Positions 35,473-48,419 are shown, numbered from the stretch's first letter. The stretch is DNA of 64,000 bases from Hormiphora californensis (GCA_020137815.1 CM035360.1:186001-250000), one strand, 5' to 3'. Program-made: numbers and translations. The notes: generated by a model from the letters alone, not told the origin.

Positions 35473-38400
35473 CACCTGCAATAGATGTGTTTCCACGGCT
35501 AACAATGCTCTCGCCACAGCCATCGCCGGATACAGTAAGTCAAAAACACCTTTACCATGGTTGCCATGGGCTGGTTGCCATGGTACTCGTCAACTTCCAG
35601 ATTCAGGTAGTCATAGCTTTGAGTCAGCATTGCAAACTGGGTTCATCCTAAGGAAATGGATCATTGAGGAAATTATTAACACTTCACAGTGTATGCAATT
35701 AAAAAATGATCGGCCGACGGCCTCTGGACTTTCGAATTCGAATAAAGACCATGCAAACCACTGTGCTGCTGTTGTTTTTTGTTTATTAGAGCCCTCCCGA
35801 TGGGAAGGCAAACCAAAAGGAAGTGTTACCGGCCTCCGAAGAGAGCCAGTTGAACACTAGAACTCAGCTTACCTCAAATTAATTTGTTTAAAGTAGTGTT
35901 GAAAAGTTTGAAACTGCTGATGGAGTGCTGAGCCTGCCTCCCAACTCACACTACGCTACAAATTCGGTGCAGGTGACTCCTCCCAAAATGGAATAATTCG
36001 GCTGGAGGCTGTCACCTGACCCTCACGTGCAAACACCTTACAGCTCTTAGTGCGCGCTAACATATACACGTGAAAACCACGTGACAGTATGGGATGCTGT
36101 GATTGTAGACGCGACCCATCACGTGCAATTACCATGACCCATGCAACCACGTGGCCAAAGTGTTCTTGCACTTAAGGAAGCACGTGATATATAACATGAG
36201 ATACCCATTCGACTACTCCTCTCAGACCTATCACGTGACATTGTCACATGCTTCCTAGGCAGGAGACATTGCACAATCCCATTATTTGCCACAGTCACGT
36301 GGAAGTCACGTGCATACATGTAGGCATGCACAGAGAAGCTTTCTTGTGGACATGTGATTCACATGTGATATCCTTCAACCGTATTATTCCATATTTGGAA
36401 AGGTCACCTACACGGGACTCGTAGCGTACTGGGGGATGGGAGGCACGTCCGAAACTCCATCAGCAGTTTCAAACTTTTCAACACTACTTTAAACAAATTA
36501 ATTTGAGGTAAGCTGAGTTCTAGTGTTCAACTGGCTCTCTTCGGAGGCCGGTAACACTTCCTTTTGGTTTGCCTTCCCATCGGGAGGGCTATAATAAACG
36601 AAAAACAACAGCATGGCTTTTGAGGGCTCTAATATAAAACAATGAATATCTCGACAAAATGTCGCTAGCGGTGAACATGATACAGTCGGACCCCGATTTA
36701 ACGGCACCCTTGGGGGAAAGGGTTTTGTCCGTTAAATCGGGGTGTCCGCTAAATCGGGGTCGAATATTGTTAATTTCCGATATCGGGGGAAGATTATCCT
36801 GCCGTTAAATCGGGGTCCGACTGTACCAAGGTTTAGAAAACTTTGTTTCACGCACTGCCCTCTCCGAACTTGTTGAGTAACTCAACAACTCCGAACCGGG
36901 CCGAAGGCAGCGTGTACGACATTACAGTACTTGCAATGTAGTACTGTCAGGCCAATGCTCTGACCACAGTTCTCGCACAAGCTCCAAGAGAATAGGGTCA
37001 GGCCAATGCTCTGACCACAGTTCTCGCACACACTCCGAGAGAATAGGGTCAGGCCAATGCTCTGACCACAGTTCGCTCGCACGCTCCGAGAGAATAGGGT
37101 CAGGCCAATGCTCTGACCACAGTTCGCTCGCACACACTCCGAGAGAATAGGGTCAGGCCAATGCTCTGACCACAGTTCTCGCACAAGCTCCGAGAGAATA
37201 GGGTCAGGCCAATGCTCTGACCACAGTTCTCGCACACACTCCGAGAGAATAGGGTCAGGCCAATGCTCTGACCACAGTTCTCGCACACACTCCGAGAGAA
37301 TAGGGTCAGGCCAATGCTCTGACCACAGTTCTCGCACACACTCCGAGAGAATAGGGTCAGGCCAATGCTCTGACCACAGTTCTCGCACACACTCCGAGAG
37401 AATAGGGTCAGGCCAATGCTCTGACCACAGTTCTCGCACACACTCCGAGAGAATAGGGTCAGGCCAATGCTCTGACCACAGTTCTCGCACACACTCCGAG
37501 AGAATAGGGTCAGGCCAATGCTCTGACCACAGTTCTCGCACACACTCCGAGAGAATAGGGTCAGGCCAATGCTCTGACCACAGTTCTCGCACACGCTCCG
37601 AGAGAATAGGGTCAGGCCAATGCTCTGACCACAGTTCTCGCACACGCTCCGAGAGAATAGGGTCAGGCCAATGCTCTGACCACAGTTCGCTCGCACACAC
37701 TCCGAGAGAATAGGGTCAGGCCAATGCTCTGACCACAGTTCTCGCACAAGCTCCGAGAGAATAGGGTCAGGCCAATGCTCTGACCACAGTTCTCGCACAA
37801 GCTCCGAGAGAATAGTCCAATGCTCTGACAAATGTAGTATGCCAACGACAATAATTATTTTCAGATCATGACATTTCAACGGATTGTGCTACAACTGTGA
37901 CCTGTGGAACCGGGTACAACCGGTGTTTCACTGCATCTGCCAAGTTAGTAACCATGGTAACCGGTGTTTCACTGCATCTGCCAAGTTAGTAACCATGGTA
38001 ACCGGTGTTTCACTGCATCTGCCAAGTTAGTAACCATGGTAACAACCGGTGTTTCACTGCATCTGCCAAGTTAGTAACCATGGTAACAACCGGTGTTTCA
38101 CTGCATCTGCCAAGTTAGTAACCATGGTAACAAGGGTTTTCAGAACATAAAATATCATATATGCCTTGAATAATTGTCCCCTCCCAATTTATGCAACACG
38201 GGTTACCATAGCAACATTGATTATATTCTCCTGCAGTGTTCGGTACGGGGGAGAGGACACAGAGGTAGCTATAACCAGTAAGGGATGCTCTGACTGGGAC
38301 GAGAAGTGGAGTCCCAACGGGTGGATGTGTGATGAACTGAAAAACAATCTTGCCAACACTGACAATGAGTTTTACAAGTTCATTGACTGTAAGTGATTTA

Positions 38401-38635
38401 AAGGGGTCGCCTCAGACCCCATCATCTACATAGTGTCATGGTAACTTCATATGAACTTCACCTAGTATCATGGTAATGAACTTCATATGAACTTCACATA
38501 GTATCGTGGTAATGAACTTCACACCACATAATAATATGTTGTTTCTGCTCAGGTGAGGAGACGTACAGTGGATCTGGAAGTGTTATACTATCTGTATCCC
38601 TTCTAATTGCTACCATCACTACACTCTTCTTCTAA
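35417..38635 (+). CDS. Secreted, probably GPI-anchored Cys-rich protein, Ly6/uPAR (three-finger)-like, 143 aa. Exons 35417-35534, 37865-37943, 38237-38388, 38553-38635
   Basis: All phases match (1,2,1). Signal peptide MMRLVILLVGCLVTVTTA, 'LTCNRC', 'CGTGYNRCFT', 'SKGCS', 8 mature Cys, and hydrophobic tail SGSGSVILSVSLLIATITTLFF*. Lacks the canonical CCxxxxCN, so the family call is tentative. Confidence 0.8.
35767..36613. mobile_element. Foldback/long-TIR non-autonomous element in intron 1
   Basis: ~160-bp inverted repeats (35767-35927 and 36454-36613) around a CACGTG-rich core; no TSD seen. Confidence 0.8.
36683..36823. mobile_element. Tc1/mariner-pogo-type MITE (second copy)
   Basis: TA|CAGTCGGACCCCGATTTAACGG ... 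CCGTTAAATCGGGGTCCGACTG|TA. Confidence 0.85.
36946..37830. repeat. 51-bp intronic tandem array (~17 copies)
   Basis: Unit GGGTCAGGCCAATGCTCTGACCACAGTTCTCGCACACACTCCGAGAGAATA. Ends ~35 bp before the exon 2 acceptor. Confidence 0.95.
37918..38133 (+). repeat. 41-44-bp array (5 copies) = exon 2 end plus donor
   Basis: AACCGGTGTTTCACTGCATCTGCCAA|gttagtaaccatggt. Confidence 0.93.
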
Positions 38636-39133
38636 ACATTGTACCCACGAGGAACGGTGTTCTGGCCCTTTAAAATGAGTTTTGACGTTTTGCGACTGTA
38701 ATATAATTTCATTTTGATGATCATTGAAACAGTATATATCCCGTGTTTTTATTGGTTTAACATTTAATTAACTCAACTTATAATTCCGTTGACATATCAA
38801 CTGACTTACAGTGCTGCTTGTAGTCGTATTACCGTAATGGAAATACAGTAAGGAGACGCGCACGTTCCATAACGTGCGGCAAAAAGTGCATGTGTTCAGC
38901 ACGTACTAGCGCCCTGATTGCATGGTCACGGTTGCGCGTCGTCTTACTGTATCTCCGTTTTCCATTACCGTTTTCCCAATACAAGCGACCGTGTAAGACT
39001 GTTGGGTTACTTTCGGTACCTACTTAAAATATATGACGTAGATGCCTGTAGATGCAGCAACGTACCTATCACATTTCACTCGATCAAATTACACAATGAG
39101 CTTTTTTGCTTCTACACGTTTCCTTTCTTTCAG

Positions 39134-40212
39134 TTGTCCCTGCTGCTGCAGGAGTGGTCCAAAACCAACACTGTCCCTGCTGCAGGAGTGGTCCAAAACC
39201 AACACTGTCCCTGCTGCAGGAGTGGTTCAAAACCAACACTGCCCCTGCTGCAGGAGTGGTTCAAAACCAACACTGTCCCTGCTGCAGGAGTGGTTCAAAA
39301 CCAACACTGTCCCTGCTGCAGGAGTGGTTCAAAACCAACACTGTCCCTGCTGCAGGAGTGGTTCAAAACCAACACTGTCCCTGCTGCAGGAGTGGTTCAA
39401 AACCAACACTGTCCCTGCTGCAGGAGTGGTTCAAAACCAACACTGTCCCTGCTGCAGGAGTGGTTCAAAACCAACACTGTCCCTGCTGCAGGAGTGGTTC
39501 AAAACCAACACTGTCCCTGCTGCAGGAGTGGTTCAAAACCAACACTGCCCCTGCTGCTGCAGGAGTAGTTCAAAACCAACACTGTCCCTGCTGCAGGAGT
39601 GGTCCAAAACCAACACTGTCCCTGCTGCAGCTGCAGGAGTGGTTCAAAACCAACACTGTCCCTGCTGCAGGAGTGGTTCAAAACCAACACTGTCCCTGCT
39701 GCAGGAGTGGTCCAAAACCAACACTGTCCCTGCTGCAGGAGTGGTTCAAAACCAACACTGTCCCTGCTGCAGGAGTGGTTCAAAACCAACACTGTCCCTG
39801 CTGCAGGAGTGGTTCAAAACCAACACTGCCCCTGCTGCTGCAGGAGTGGTTCAAAACCAACACTGTCCCTGCTGCAGGAGTGGTTCAAAACCAACACTGT
39901 CCCTGCTGCAGGAGTGGTTCAAAACCAACACTGTCCCTGCTGCAGGAGTGGTTCAAAACCAACACTGTCCCTGCTGCAGGAGTGGTTCAAAACCAACACT
40001 GTCCCTGCTGCTGCAGGAGTGGTCCAAAACCAACACTGTCCCTGCTGCAGGAGTGGTTCAAAACCAACACTGTCCCTGCTGCAGGAGTGGTTCAAAACCA
40101 ACACTGCCCCTGCTGCAGGAGTGGTTCAAAACCAACACTGCCCCTGCTGCAGGAGTGGTTCAAAACCAACACTGTCCCTGCTGCTGCAGGAGTGGTTCAA
40201 AACCAACACTGA
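39134..40212 (+). repeat. 34/37-bp array (~31 copies) filling a probable 5'UTR exon of the 7TM gene
   Basis: Starts right after tttcctttctttcag (39133) and ends right before gtaaat (40213). Unit GTCCCTGCTGCAGGAGTGGTTCAAAACCAACACT contains an acceptor-like ccctgctgcag. Confidence 0.9.
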
Positions 40213-40294
40213 GTAAATTGTTGTGTTATCGCTCTCACCCTGTGAATGAGCACTATATCAATATCCGGTGTGTCCCCCTAAGGTGGTAGGTGCC

Positions 40295-43200
40295 ATGTCA
40301 ACTGTTACCTCGCAACATCATCTCAACTCCATGGCAACTGTTACCAGGCAACATCATCTCGACTCCATGGCAACTGTTACCAGGCAACATCATCTCAACT
40401 CCATAGCAACTGTTACCATGGCAACTGTTACCTCGCAACATCATCTCAACTCCAAGACAGATGTGAACCTAGTGACGGCACTGGCAGTTATCAACATAAT
40501 AACGTGTTCCCTCACTATCATCCTGTCTTTGTTTGTGTTCGCGTTGTCGTGGAGACGAGTTGTTAGGGACGGGTTAAAGGGATCTCTCTACATGCACATC
40601 ACACTCGTCATCTCAGCTGCTATCTTTCTAGGTATACAATACTACTGATGAAAAAGGAGGTTGAACTCTATTTTCGTTAACGTTTCAATAAAACGCAGGT
40701 GAAAACTTGTGGAACCAGGAGTGTCTCCACTCGATGGTGGGGGAGGACCGGAGCAGCAGCAAGCAGGATTGTATGGACTGGAAACAAGGACGAAACCTTA
40801 TGAACGCTCTCGCGGAGGTAACTAAAGATGCTAATCAATGGTGTCAACAAGTTAGTTGTGTACTATTCAATTTTTAAGAAGTTTTTAATTTTTGAGTTTA
40901 TATTAGAGCTACCCCTAGAATTCTAACGCAAGTGCAATTGTTTTCAGTTTTGAATGATTATGTTCTAACACGCAGCTAACATGTTCTAACACGCAGCTAA
41001 CATGTTCTAACACGCAGCTAACATGTTCTAACACGCAGCTAACATGTTCTAACACGCAGCTAACATGTTCTTACACGCAGCTAACATGTTCTAACACGCA
41101 GCTAACATGTTCTAACACGTAGCTAACATGTTCTAACACGCAGCTAACATGTTCTAACACGCAGCTAACATGTTCTTACACGCAGCTAACATGTTCTAAC
41201 ACGCAGCTAACATGTTCTAACACGTAGCTAACATAGTAACATGTTCTAACACGCAGCTAACATGTTCTAACACGCAGCTAATATGTTCTAACATGTAGCA
41301 CTATCCCAGGCGTTTCAAGTTCTCTTCTTTTGGTTCCGTGCCATGACATTCTACGCTGATCCCATACAAAGAAGTGTGGTGGAGATAGATGATAAACACG
41401 CTTTGATCTTTAACATCGGATGTCTGGTAAGTGTCATGGGGAGAGAAGGGTCGTATCCCTAGCAAACGCTGTCTGGCACCGCGACCCCATCTGGGCATCT
41501 GAGTGCACTGTCGCGAGAATCAAATTTGGGTATGGCGCCGCCATACAGAGCAAACGTGCATACATAGCTATATAAACAACGTTGTTCGACTCTGTTAACG
41601 GAATAGAACAACGTTGTTCATGCAACTAACAGCGTATGTGCGTTTACTATATCGCTGTGAGGGATCGAGCTCCAATCACCATGAGTGTGATCTACCAGCA
41701 CCACAATGTTTTGTTGAGTTAGAAACTTCATGCAGGTGTTGACGCTGTTGTACCCGGCCATCTACACTCTCTACACATTCTCTGATTTCTGGCACGTCCA
41801 CCACTCTGACTCCTACTTGGTTCACAATAATCTCTGCTACCTGAACTACACCAGGACACTCAACAATGGTACGCTATCATCCACCACTCTGACTCCTACA
41901 TGGTTCACAACAATCTCTGCTACCTGAACTACACCCGGCCACTCAACAATGGTAAGCTATCATCCACCACTCTGACTCCTACATGGTTCACAACAATCTC
42001 TGCTACCTAAACTACACCCGGCCACTCAACAATGGTAAGCTATCATCCACCACTCTGACTCCTACACGGTTCACAACAATCTCTGCTACCTGAATTACAC
42101 CCGGCCACTCAACAATGGTAAGCTATCATCCACCACTCTGACTCCTACATGGTTCACAACAATCTCTGCTACCTGAATTACACCAGGCCACTCAACAATG
42201 GTAAGCTATCATCCACCACTCTGACTCCTACATGGTTCACAATAACCTCTGCTACCTGAACTACACCCGGCCACTCAACAATGGTAAGCTATCATCCACC
42301 ACTCTGACTCCTACATGGTTCACAACAATCTCTGCTACCTGAATTACACCCGGCCACTCAACAATGGTAAGCTATCATCCACCACTCTGACTCCTACATG
42401 GTTCACAATAATCTCTGCTACCTGAACTACACCCGGCCACTCAACAATGGTAAGCTATCATCCACCACTCTGACTCCTACATGGTTCACAACAATCTCTG
42501 CTACCTGAACTACACCAGGACACTCAACAATGGTACGCTATCATCCACCACTCTGACTCCTACTTGGTTCACAATAATCTGTGCTACCTGAACTACACCA
42601 GGCCACTCAACAATGGTAAGCTATCATCCACCACTCTGACTCCTACATGGTTCACAATAATCTCTGCTACCTGAACTACACCCGGCCACTCAACAATGGT
42701 AAGCTATCATCCACCACTCTGACTCCTACATGGTTCACAACAATCTCTGCTACCTGAATTACACCCGGCCACTCAACAATGGTAAGCTATCATCCACCAC
42801 TCTGACTCCTACATGGTTCACAACAATCTCTGCTACCTGAATTACACCCGGCCACTCAACAATGGTAAGCTATCATCCACCACTCTGACTCCTACATGGT
42901 TCACAACAATCTCTGCTACCTAAACTACACCAGGACACTCAACAATGGTACGCTATGTGTCATCTAGTTACTTTACATATTGGTTTGTTGAGTTGTTACT
43001 CAACAAATATTGGTGGCATTGACCCCTCATGCGAGCGAGATCGCGCAGCACTGCAGCGACTGAGATTGAGCGAAGCAGAGAGGTAGCAGAGAGGTATAGC
43101 AATGGTACCAAACTCAACAATGGTACGTGTAACTTTACCCTAACAAATTAGGCACATCGCACCCAGCTTGTGTGCGAAATTTCACGCCCCGCTCAACCTG

Positions 43201-46200
43201 TCAGAGCAATGGCCGGGTTTGTGGTGATATAGGCACACGATAGGCAGAGCTTAGTACCATGTGTGTAGAACTACTTTATGAAAGCTTATAAACTAATAAA
43301 ATGCATTATTTCATATCTACCTATATATCATCTTTAAAAAAGCTATAAATTTTCTATCAAAACTTCTTCTTTTTCTTCTCTAGTCACATGATAATATATT
43401 AGTATCCTGCATGTTGTAAAAAACCCCTAAAAAATAGGGGCCAGCCCCTTTCCCAAAACTCTGTGGGAAATTACCCGGGAAAATTTTCCCTTTGGAATTT
43501 TTCCTAACCCCGTGGACTTAAAGTTTTTTTACTTTAAACATAACTACTTTGGAATTAATTTCAATCTAACCAAAATTTAAAAATTTCTTAAAAGGTTTTG
43601 TTAACCCCATTTCCAATTTTCATAATTTTTTTTTCCTTCGCGGGTCACGAAATAATTAGTAGTAGTCCATTTATGACAAGAGGGTAGACTCTTTCACATA
43701 ATGCCAGCAGTTGTTATTTTAACATTGTAATCTCGTCTGGTTCTGTCCACCGTGCTTGCAATGTCGTACAACTCCTCTAGTCTGTACTCCCTACCAAGTC
43801 TTATCCAGGTACCTGGATAAAATTATTTTTGTTAACGCTGGGGCGATCTTCAGAACGATTCCATTTTTCACCAGAGTCCAGGAACCGACCGAATCATGAA
43901 ATACTGGTCCCTGATTGGCTGATAACCAGTCACGTGACCTAAATAACGATTTCTGATTGGTTGTTTACTTGTGTCGGTCGGTTCCTGCCAGAGTCCCTCA
44001 ATAAACAGCTGTATACCTGGAGAGCAATTCCCATCCACTTTTTCAAGTATGGGCTGGCCGTTACTCGCTGGTTTGGTTGTCAAGTTCTTCAACCAAACAC
44101 ACGACATGGTAGAATTTTTACAGATCGCCAAAGCTGCATTCTTGATGGAACTGAACACGATCCTCAAATCTAACTTGGACTTGCCAATTGAAGATCCATT
44201 GCCCCCGAACTGTGCCACAAAGTAGCAGTAATTGTTGCCTTGACGACCACGAACAACCAAAGCCCAGTGTTCAGCATCCTCGCCAAGTGCTAAATTGGAC
44301 GCTATATTCATGAAGTGTCCTCGAAATGCCCTGCAAGCCCATACTGCCTTGTGAGTGAACACTATGTCCCGCAGCTCTCGTGCCCTTTCTTCAGTCAGTT
44401 CTTGGTCCTCTTTTACTAACTCTTCGTAGCGTGTGTCAAAGAATGTTATAACTCCTTGGTACATTGTGTAGACAACCCCTCCAATAGCGACAAGTGTTGT
44501 GCCTATAAACCTTACCAAATCGAAGGTTGCTTGGGCACTTGACATGTTTTACAGCAAGTATATCAGATTCACCAGCTATATAGTTTAGAGAATATAAGAG
44601 TACAAGCAAAGGACGATTATACAGAAACTAGTGAAAGTGCATCCTATAATAGCCGGCCCATGTATTAGATCATCCAGCATTCTAACTCATGTTGTGAGAG
44701 TTTGATGATATATGCAACACACGTCACGAATATATGCAAAAGGGGCAAAAGTGAATAAGGTTAATGTTTTCTGGTTTAAAATCCTTGTTGTAATGTACCT
44801 ACACAATACATATAGGAGCAATGTTTACCCAACTCCAGCCTCCCCTGGAGTCGCTTGACACTGTATGAACAATTCGCAGCCTTCTCCACATTTATGTTCC
44901 CAAATTCAATCTAAAAATCTGATATAACTTGTTGAGTAATACTCCATACACATTACGCACCAGTTACAGATTGAGACCCTAATATCTGGGCACACGTTCC
45001 TGATGGCCGGGCATGCGGAAGGGTCTGTGGGAACCATGCTGCATTGCTGTGCGTCAAGTAAATTGAATAGAAAGTAGAGCTGAACGCACACGTCACTTGC
45101 CTCCCGGCCATGCATCCTTTGATGCCTGGGAACGAATCTGTAACTGGTCCCTTACAGGCATTCACTTCAACCCGGATAAGACGAACATGGCGGTGAACAG
45201 TTCTCTGCAATTTTACCAGCTCCTCCTACACACCCTGGCTGTGCTTATCTTTCTACTGCCGTTCATCAAGTGAGTATAACACACCCTGGCTGTGCTTATC
45301 TTTCTACTGCCGTTCATCAAGTGAGTATAACACACCCTGGCTGTGCTTATCTTTCTACTGCCGTTCATCAAGTGAGTATAACACACCCTGGCTGTGCTTA
45401 TCTTTCTACTGCCGTTCATCAAGTGAGTATAACACACCCTGGCTGTGCTTATCTTTCTACTGCCGTTCATCAAGTGAGTATAACACACCCTGGCTGTGCT
45501 TATCTTTCTACTGCCGTTCATCAAGTGAGTATAACACACCCTGGCTGTGCTTATCTTTCTACTGCCGTTCATCAAGTGAGTATAACACACCCTGGCTGTG
45601 CTTATCTTTCTACTGCCGTTCATCAAGTGAGTATAACACACCCTGGCTGTGCTTATCTTTCTACTGCCGTTCATCAAGTGAGTATAACACACCCTGGCTG
45701 TGTTTATCTTTCTACTGCCGTTCATCAAGTGAGTATAACACACCCTGGCTGTGCTTATCTTTCTACTGCCGTTCATCAAGTGAGTATAACACATCCTGGC
45801 TGTGCTTATCTTTCTACTTCCGTTCATCAAGTGAGTAGAGCTAAAGATATAATTCAAGATATATTAAAGATTATAATAATAATATTATATGTCTATGGGG
45901 GAAACAGTCGTGCGTGAACCTCATATCACTATCAGGTTCAGGGCACGGCTATTTTTCACTGACACCTGACATCTCAGGTATATAGTGACAGCTAATCCCT
46001 TAAATCTCAAGGAATAGTCGTTACTCAGTGGAGAATAACCGTGGCCACTAGCCTGTACCTGACGTTCAGGCACGACTGTTTCCCCCATTTAATCCATTCG
46101 GTGTGATTTGCCCCTCACAGGGCTAGAGCTGCAGTTAACTGGCACTGAGAGGACGTGATTTGCCCCTCACAGGGCTAGAGCTGCAGTTAACTGGCACTGA

Positions 46201-47006
46201 GAGGACGTGATTTGCCCCTCACAGGGCTAGAGCTGCAGTTAACTGGCACTGAGAGGACGTGATTCGCCCCTCACAGGGCTAGAGCTGCAGTTAACTGGCA
46301 CTGAGAGGATGTGATTCGCCCCTCACAGGGCTAGAGCTGCAGTTAACTGGCACTGAGAGGACGTGATTTGCCCCTCACAGGGCTAGAGCTGCAGTTAACT
46401 GGCACTGAGAGGACGTGATCTGACCGATCTGCGGTTACTTTATAGAAATATACAAACACAATTATAAAAGCATTTGGTCTCGAGTTGGCATTTAGGATTC
46501 ACTTTACAGGATTGAGGATAATAGTAGCTCTAAATTCTAAATTCTAACCATACTAGCACACCCATTGGGTGCGCCTCAAGTAAGGGCTTTTTGATAACCC
46601 ACTCCTTATGAAGGAGCAGTCTGTCGCTTAGATACCGCCTAACGAACGGCCACTTCGACGTTCATCTCCAAATTATAATAGAGATTTTTTCCACGACAGG
46701 ATCCACGGGACGGTGTCAAGCAATCTTTCCAAATCCATCGCAAAGTTATTCCGCAAGATGGTCGTCATCACTGCTACCATATTCTTCATCAACCTTCTCA
46801 CTTGGATCCTCGCCAAGTTATGTGCCCCCTACCTCCTCATCTCCAAGTTTCTCCTCGATGGTATTGGCGATGTTAGGGTGGAGGTTACCATGGTCTTAGC
46901 TGTGATTTCACTTCCTGGCCTCTCTCGCTGGTTGTGTATGTTTAGAGGGGGAGGTGGTGGTGGTGGGGGAGGTGGTGGACTGTGCACTGAAACCACGGCT
47001 CCCTGA
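40295..47006 (+). CDS. Divergent 7TM/GPCR-like membrane protein, ~374 aa. Exons 40295-40631, 40699-40817, 41310-41426, 41736-41868, 45158-45269, 46700-47006
   Basis: All five introns are GT-AG with matching phases (1,0,0,1,2). Seven hydrophobic segments, Cys in ECL1 and ECL2, N-glycosylation sequon NYT, 'FFWFRAM' at the end of TM3. Confidence 0.75.
40961..41295 (+). repeat. 21-bp array (~15 copies) just upstream of the 41309 acceptor
   Basis: Unit CTAACATGTTCTAACACGCAG carries two CTAAC branch-point-like motifs and a CAG. Confidence 0.92.
41797..42956 (+). repeat. 83-bp array (~14 copies) = exon end plus donor
   Basis: CCACCACTCTGACTCC...CACTCAACAATG|gta(a/c)gctatcat. Confidence 0.95.
43671..44545 (-). 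CDS. Permuted papain-like NlpC/P60 (LRAT/PPPDE-like) protein nested antisense in intron 4 of the 7TM gene. Exons 44545-44017 and 43812-43671
   Basis: N-terminal TM segment; His motif 'EHWALVV'; phase-1 intron CCAG|gtatac...ttatccag|GT. Exon 2 reads GTWIRLGREYRLEELY...DYNVK, then NNNCWHYV in a frame that needs one more A in the run at 43717-43720 (probable homopolymer error). Confidence 0.65.
43879..43987 (-). mobile_element. 109-bp hAT-like MITE, full length, intronic
   Basis: Perfect 8-bp TSD ccagagtc on both sides; TIR CAGGAACCGAC. Confidence 0.92.
45229..45837 (+). repeat. 51-bp array (~12 copies) = exon end plus donor
   Basis: ACACACCCTGGCTGTGCTTATCTTTCTACTGCCGTTCATCAA|gtgagtata. Confidence 0.95.
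46103..46419 (+). repeat. 52-bp intronic array (6 copies)
   Basis: Unit gtgatttgcccctcacagGGCTAGAGCTGCAGTTAACTGGCACTGAGAGGAC. Confidence 0.92.
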
Positions 47007-47009
47007 AGA

Positions 47010-48022
47010 ACTGGTTGTGTATGTTTAGAGGGGGAGGTGGTGGGGGAGGGGGTGGGGGAGGTGGTGGTGGGGGAGGTGGTGGTGGTGGTGGTTCGGGTGG
47101 ACTGTGTATGTTTAGAGGGGGAGGTGGTGGGGGAGGGGGTGGGGGAGGTGGTGGTGGGGGAGGTGGTGGTGGTGGTGGTTCGGGTGGACTGTGTATGTTT
47201 AGAGGGGAGGTGGTGGGGGAGGGGTGGGGGAGGTGGTGGTGGGGGAGGTGGTGGTTCGGGTGGACTGTGTATGTTTAGAGGGGGAGGTGGTGGGGGAGGG
47301 GGTGGGGGAGGTGGTGGTGGTTCGGGTGGACTGTGTATGTTTAGAGGGGGAGGGGGTGGGGGAGGTGGTGGGGGAGGAGGTGGAGGAGGGGGAGGTGGTG
47401 GTGGTTCGGGTGTGTATGTTTAGAGGGGGAGGTGGTGGTGGTTCGGGTGGACTGTTCACTGTTTAGAGGGGGAGGTGGTGGGGGTGGTTCGGGTGGACGT
47501 GGTTTGGGAGGGGGGTGGGGGTGGGGGGAGGTTTGGGGGGGAGGGGGTGGGGGAGGGGGTGGGGGGGAGGTGGGGTTTTTGGGGTGGTTCGGGTGTGTAT
47601 TTTGGGGGGTTGGGGGTTTTATTTTGGGGGGGGAGTGGTGGTTCGGGTGGACGTTATTTAGAGGGGGGGTGGTGGGGGGGGCGGGGGACTTGGGTTTTTC
47701 GGGGGGGAGTTTTGGGGGAGGGGGGGGGAGGTGGGGGGGGGGGGTTAGGAGGGGGGGGGGGGGTGGTGGTTCGGGTGTTTATGTTTAGAGGGGGGGGTGG
47801 GGTGGTGGCGGTTTTTTTGGGGGGGGTGTGGGGGGTTCGGGTGGCTGTTATGTTTAGAGGGGAGGGTGGGGGGGTGGTGGGGGAGTGGGGGGGGGGTGGT
47901 GGGGGTTTGGGGGGTTTTTGGGGGGGGGTGGGGAAAGGGGGAGTGGTGGGGGAGGTTTGGGGGGGGGGGGTGGTTGGGGATTTTGGGGGGGGGTTTGGGG
48001 GGGGGGTTTGGGTGTGTAGTTT

Positions 48023-48054
<32 letters not shown>

Positions 48055-48081
48055 TGGGGGGGGGGGGGGGGGTGGGGGGTT
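47010..48081 (+). repeat. G-rich degenerate repeat derived from the 7TM CDS end, degrading into the assembly gap
   Basis: Recurrent TGTGTATGTTTAGAGGGGGAGGTGGTGG, first seen in the CDS at ~46933. Confidence 0.85.
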
Positions 48082-48181
48082 NNNNNNNNNNNNNNNNNNN
48101 NNNNNNNNNNNNNNNNNNNNNNNNNNNNNNNNNNNNNNNNNNNNNNNNNNNNNNNNNNNNNNNNNNNNNNNNNNNNNNNNN
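48082..48181. other. Assembly gap (100 N)
   Basis: Run of N. Confidence 1.
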
Positions 48182-48344
48182 ATAGAGAGAGAGAGAGACG
48201 AGCAGAGAGAGCAGCGCGAGCATGTAGGCAGGAGAGAGAGAGTAGAGAGAGAGAGATGAGGTGAGAGACGAGTGAGAGATCTCTCTATCTATCTACTCTC
48301 TCTCTAGCGCTCTCGCATAGTAGATCTCTAGTAGAGATATCGGA

Positions 48345-48378
<34 letters not shown>

Positions 48379-48419
48379 CTATCATCTCTCTCTCCTCCTA
48401 CTCTACTCTCTACTCCTCT

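Noticed and set aside
43868-44016. MITE exonised as the C-terminus of the 225-aa ORF
   Set aside because: A phase-consistent intron (44016-43813) removes it and leads to the catalytic-Cys exon.
46103-46419. 52-bp array as coding micro-exons of the 7TM gene
   Set aside because: The required phase gives a stop, the implied 18-nt introns are implausibly short, and exon 45269 joins 46700 in phase without it.
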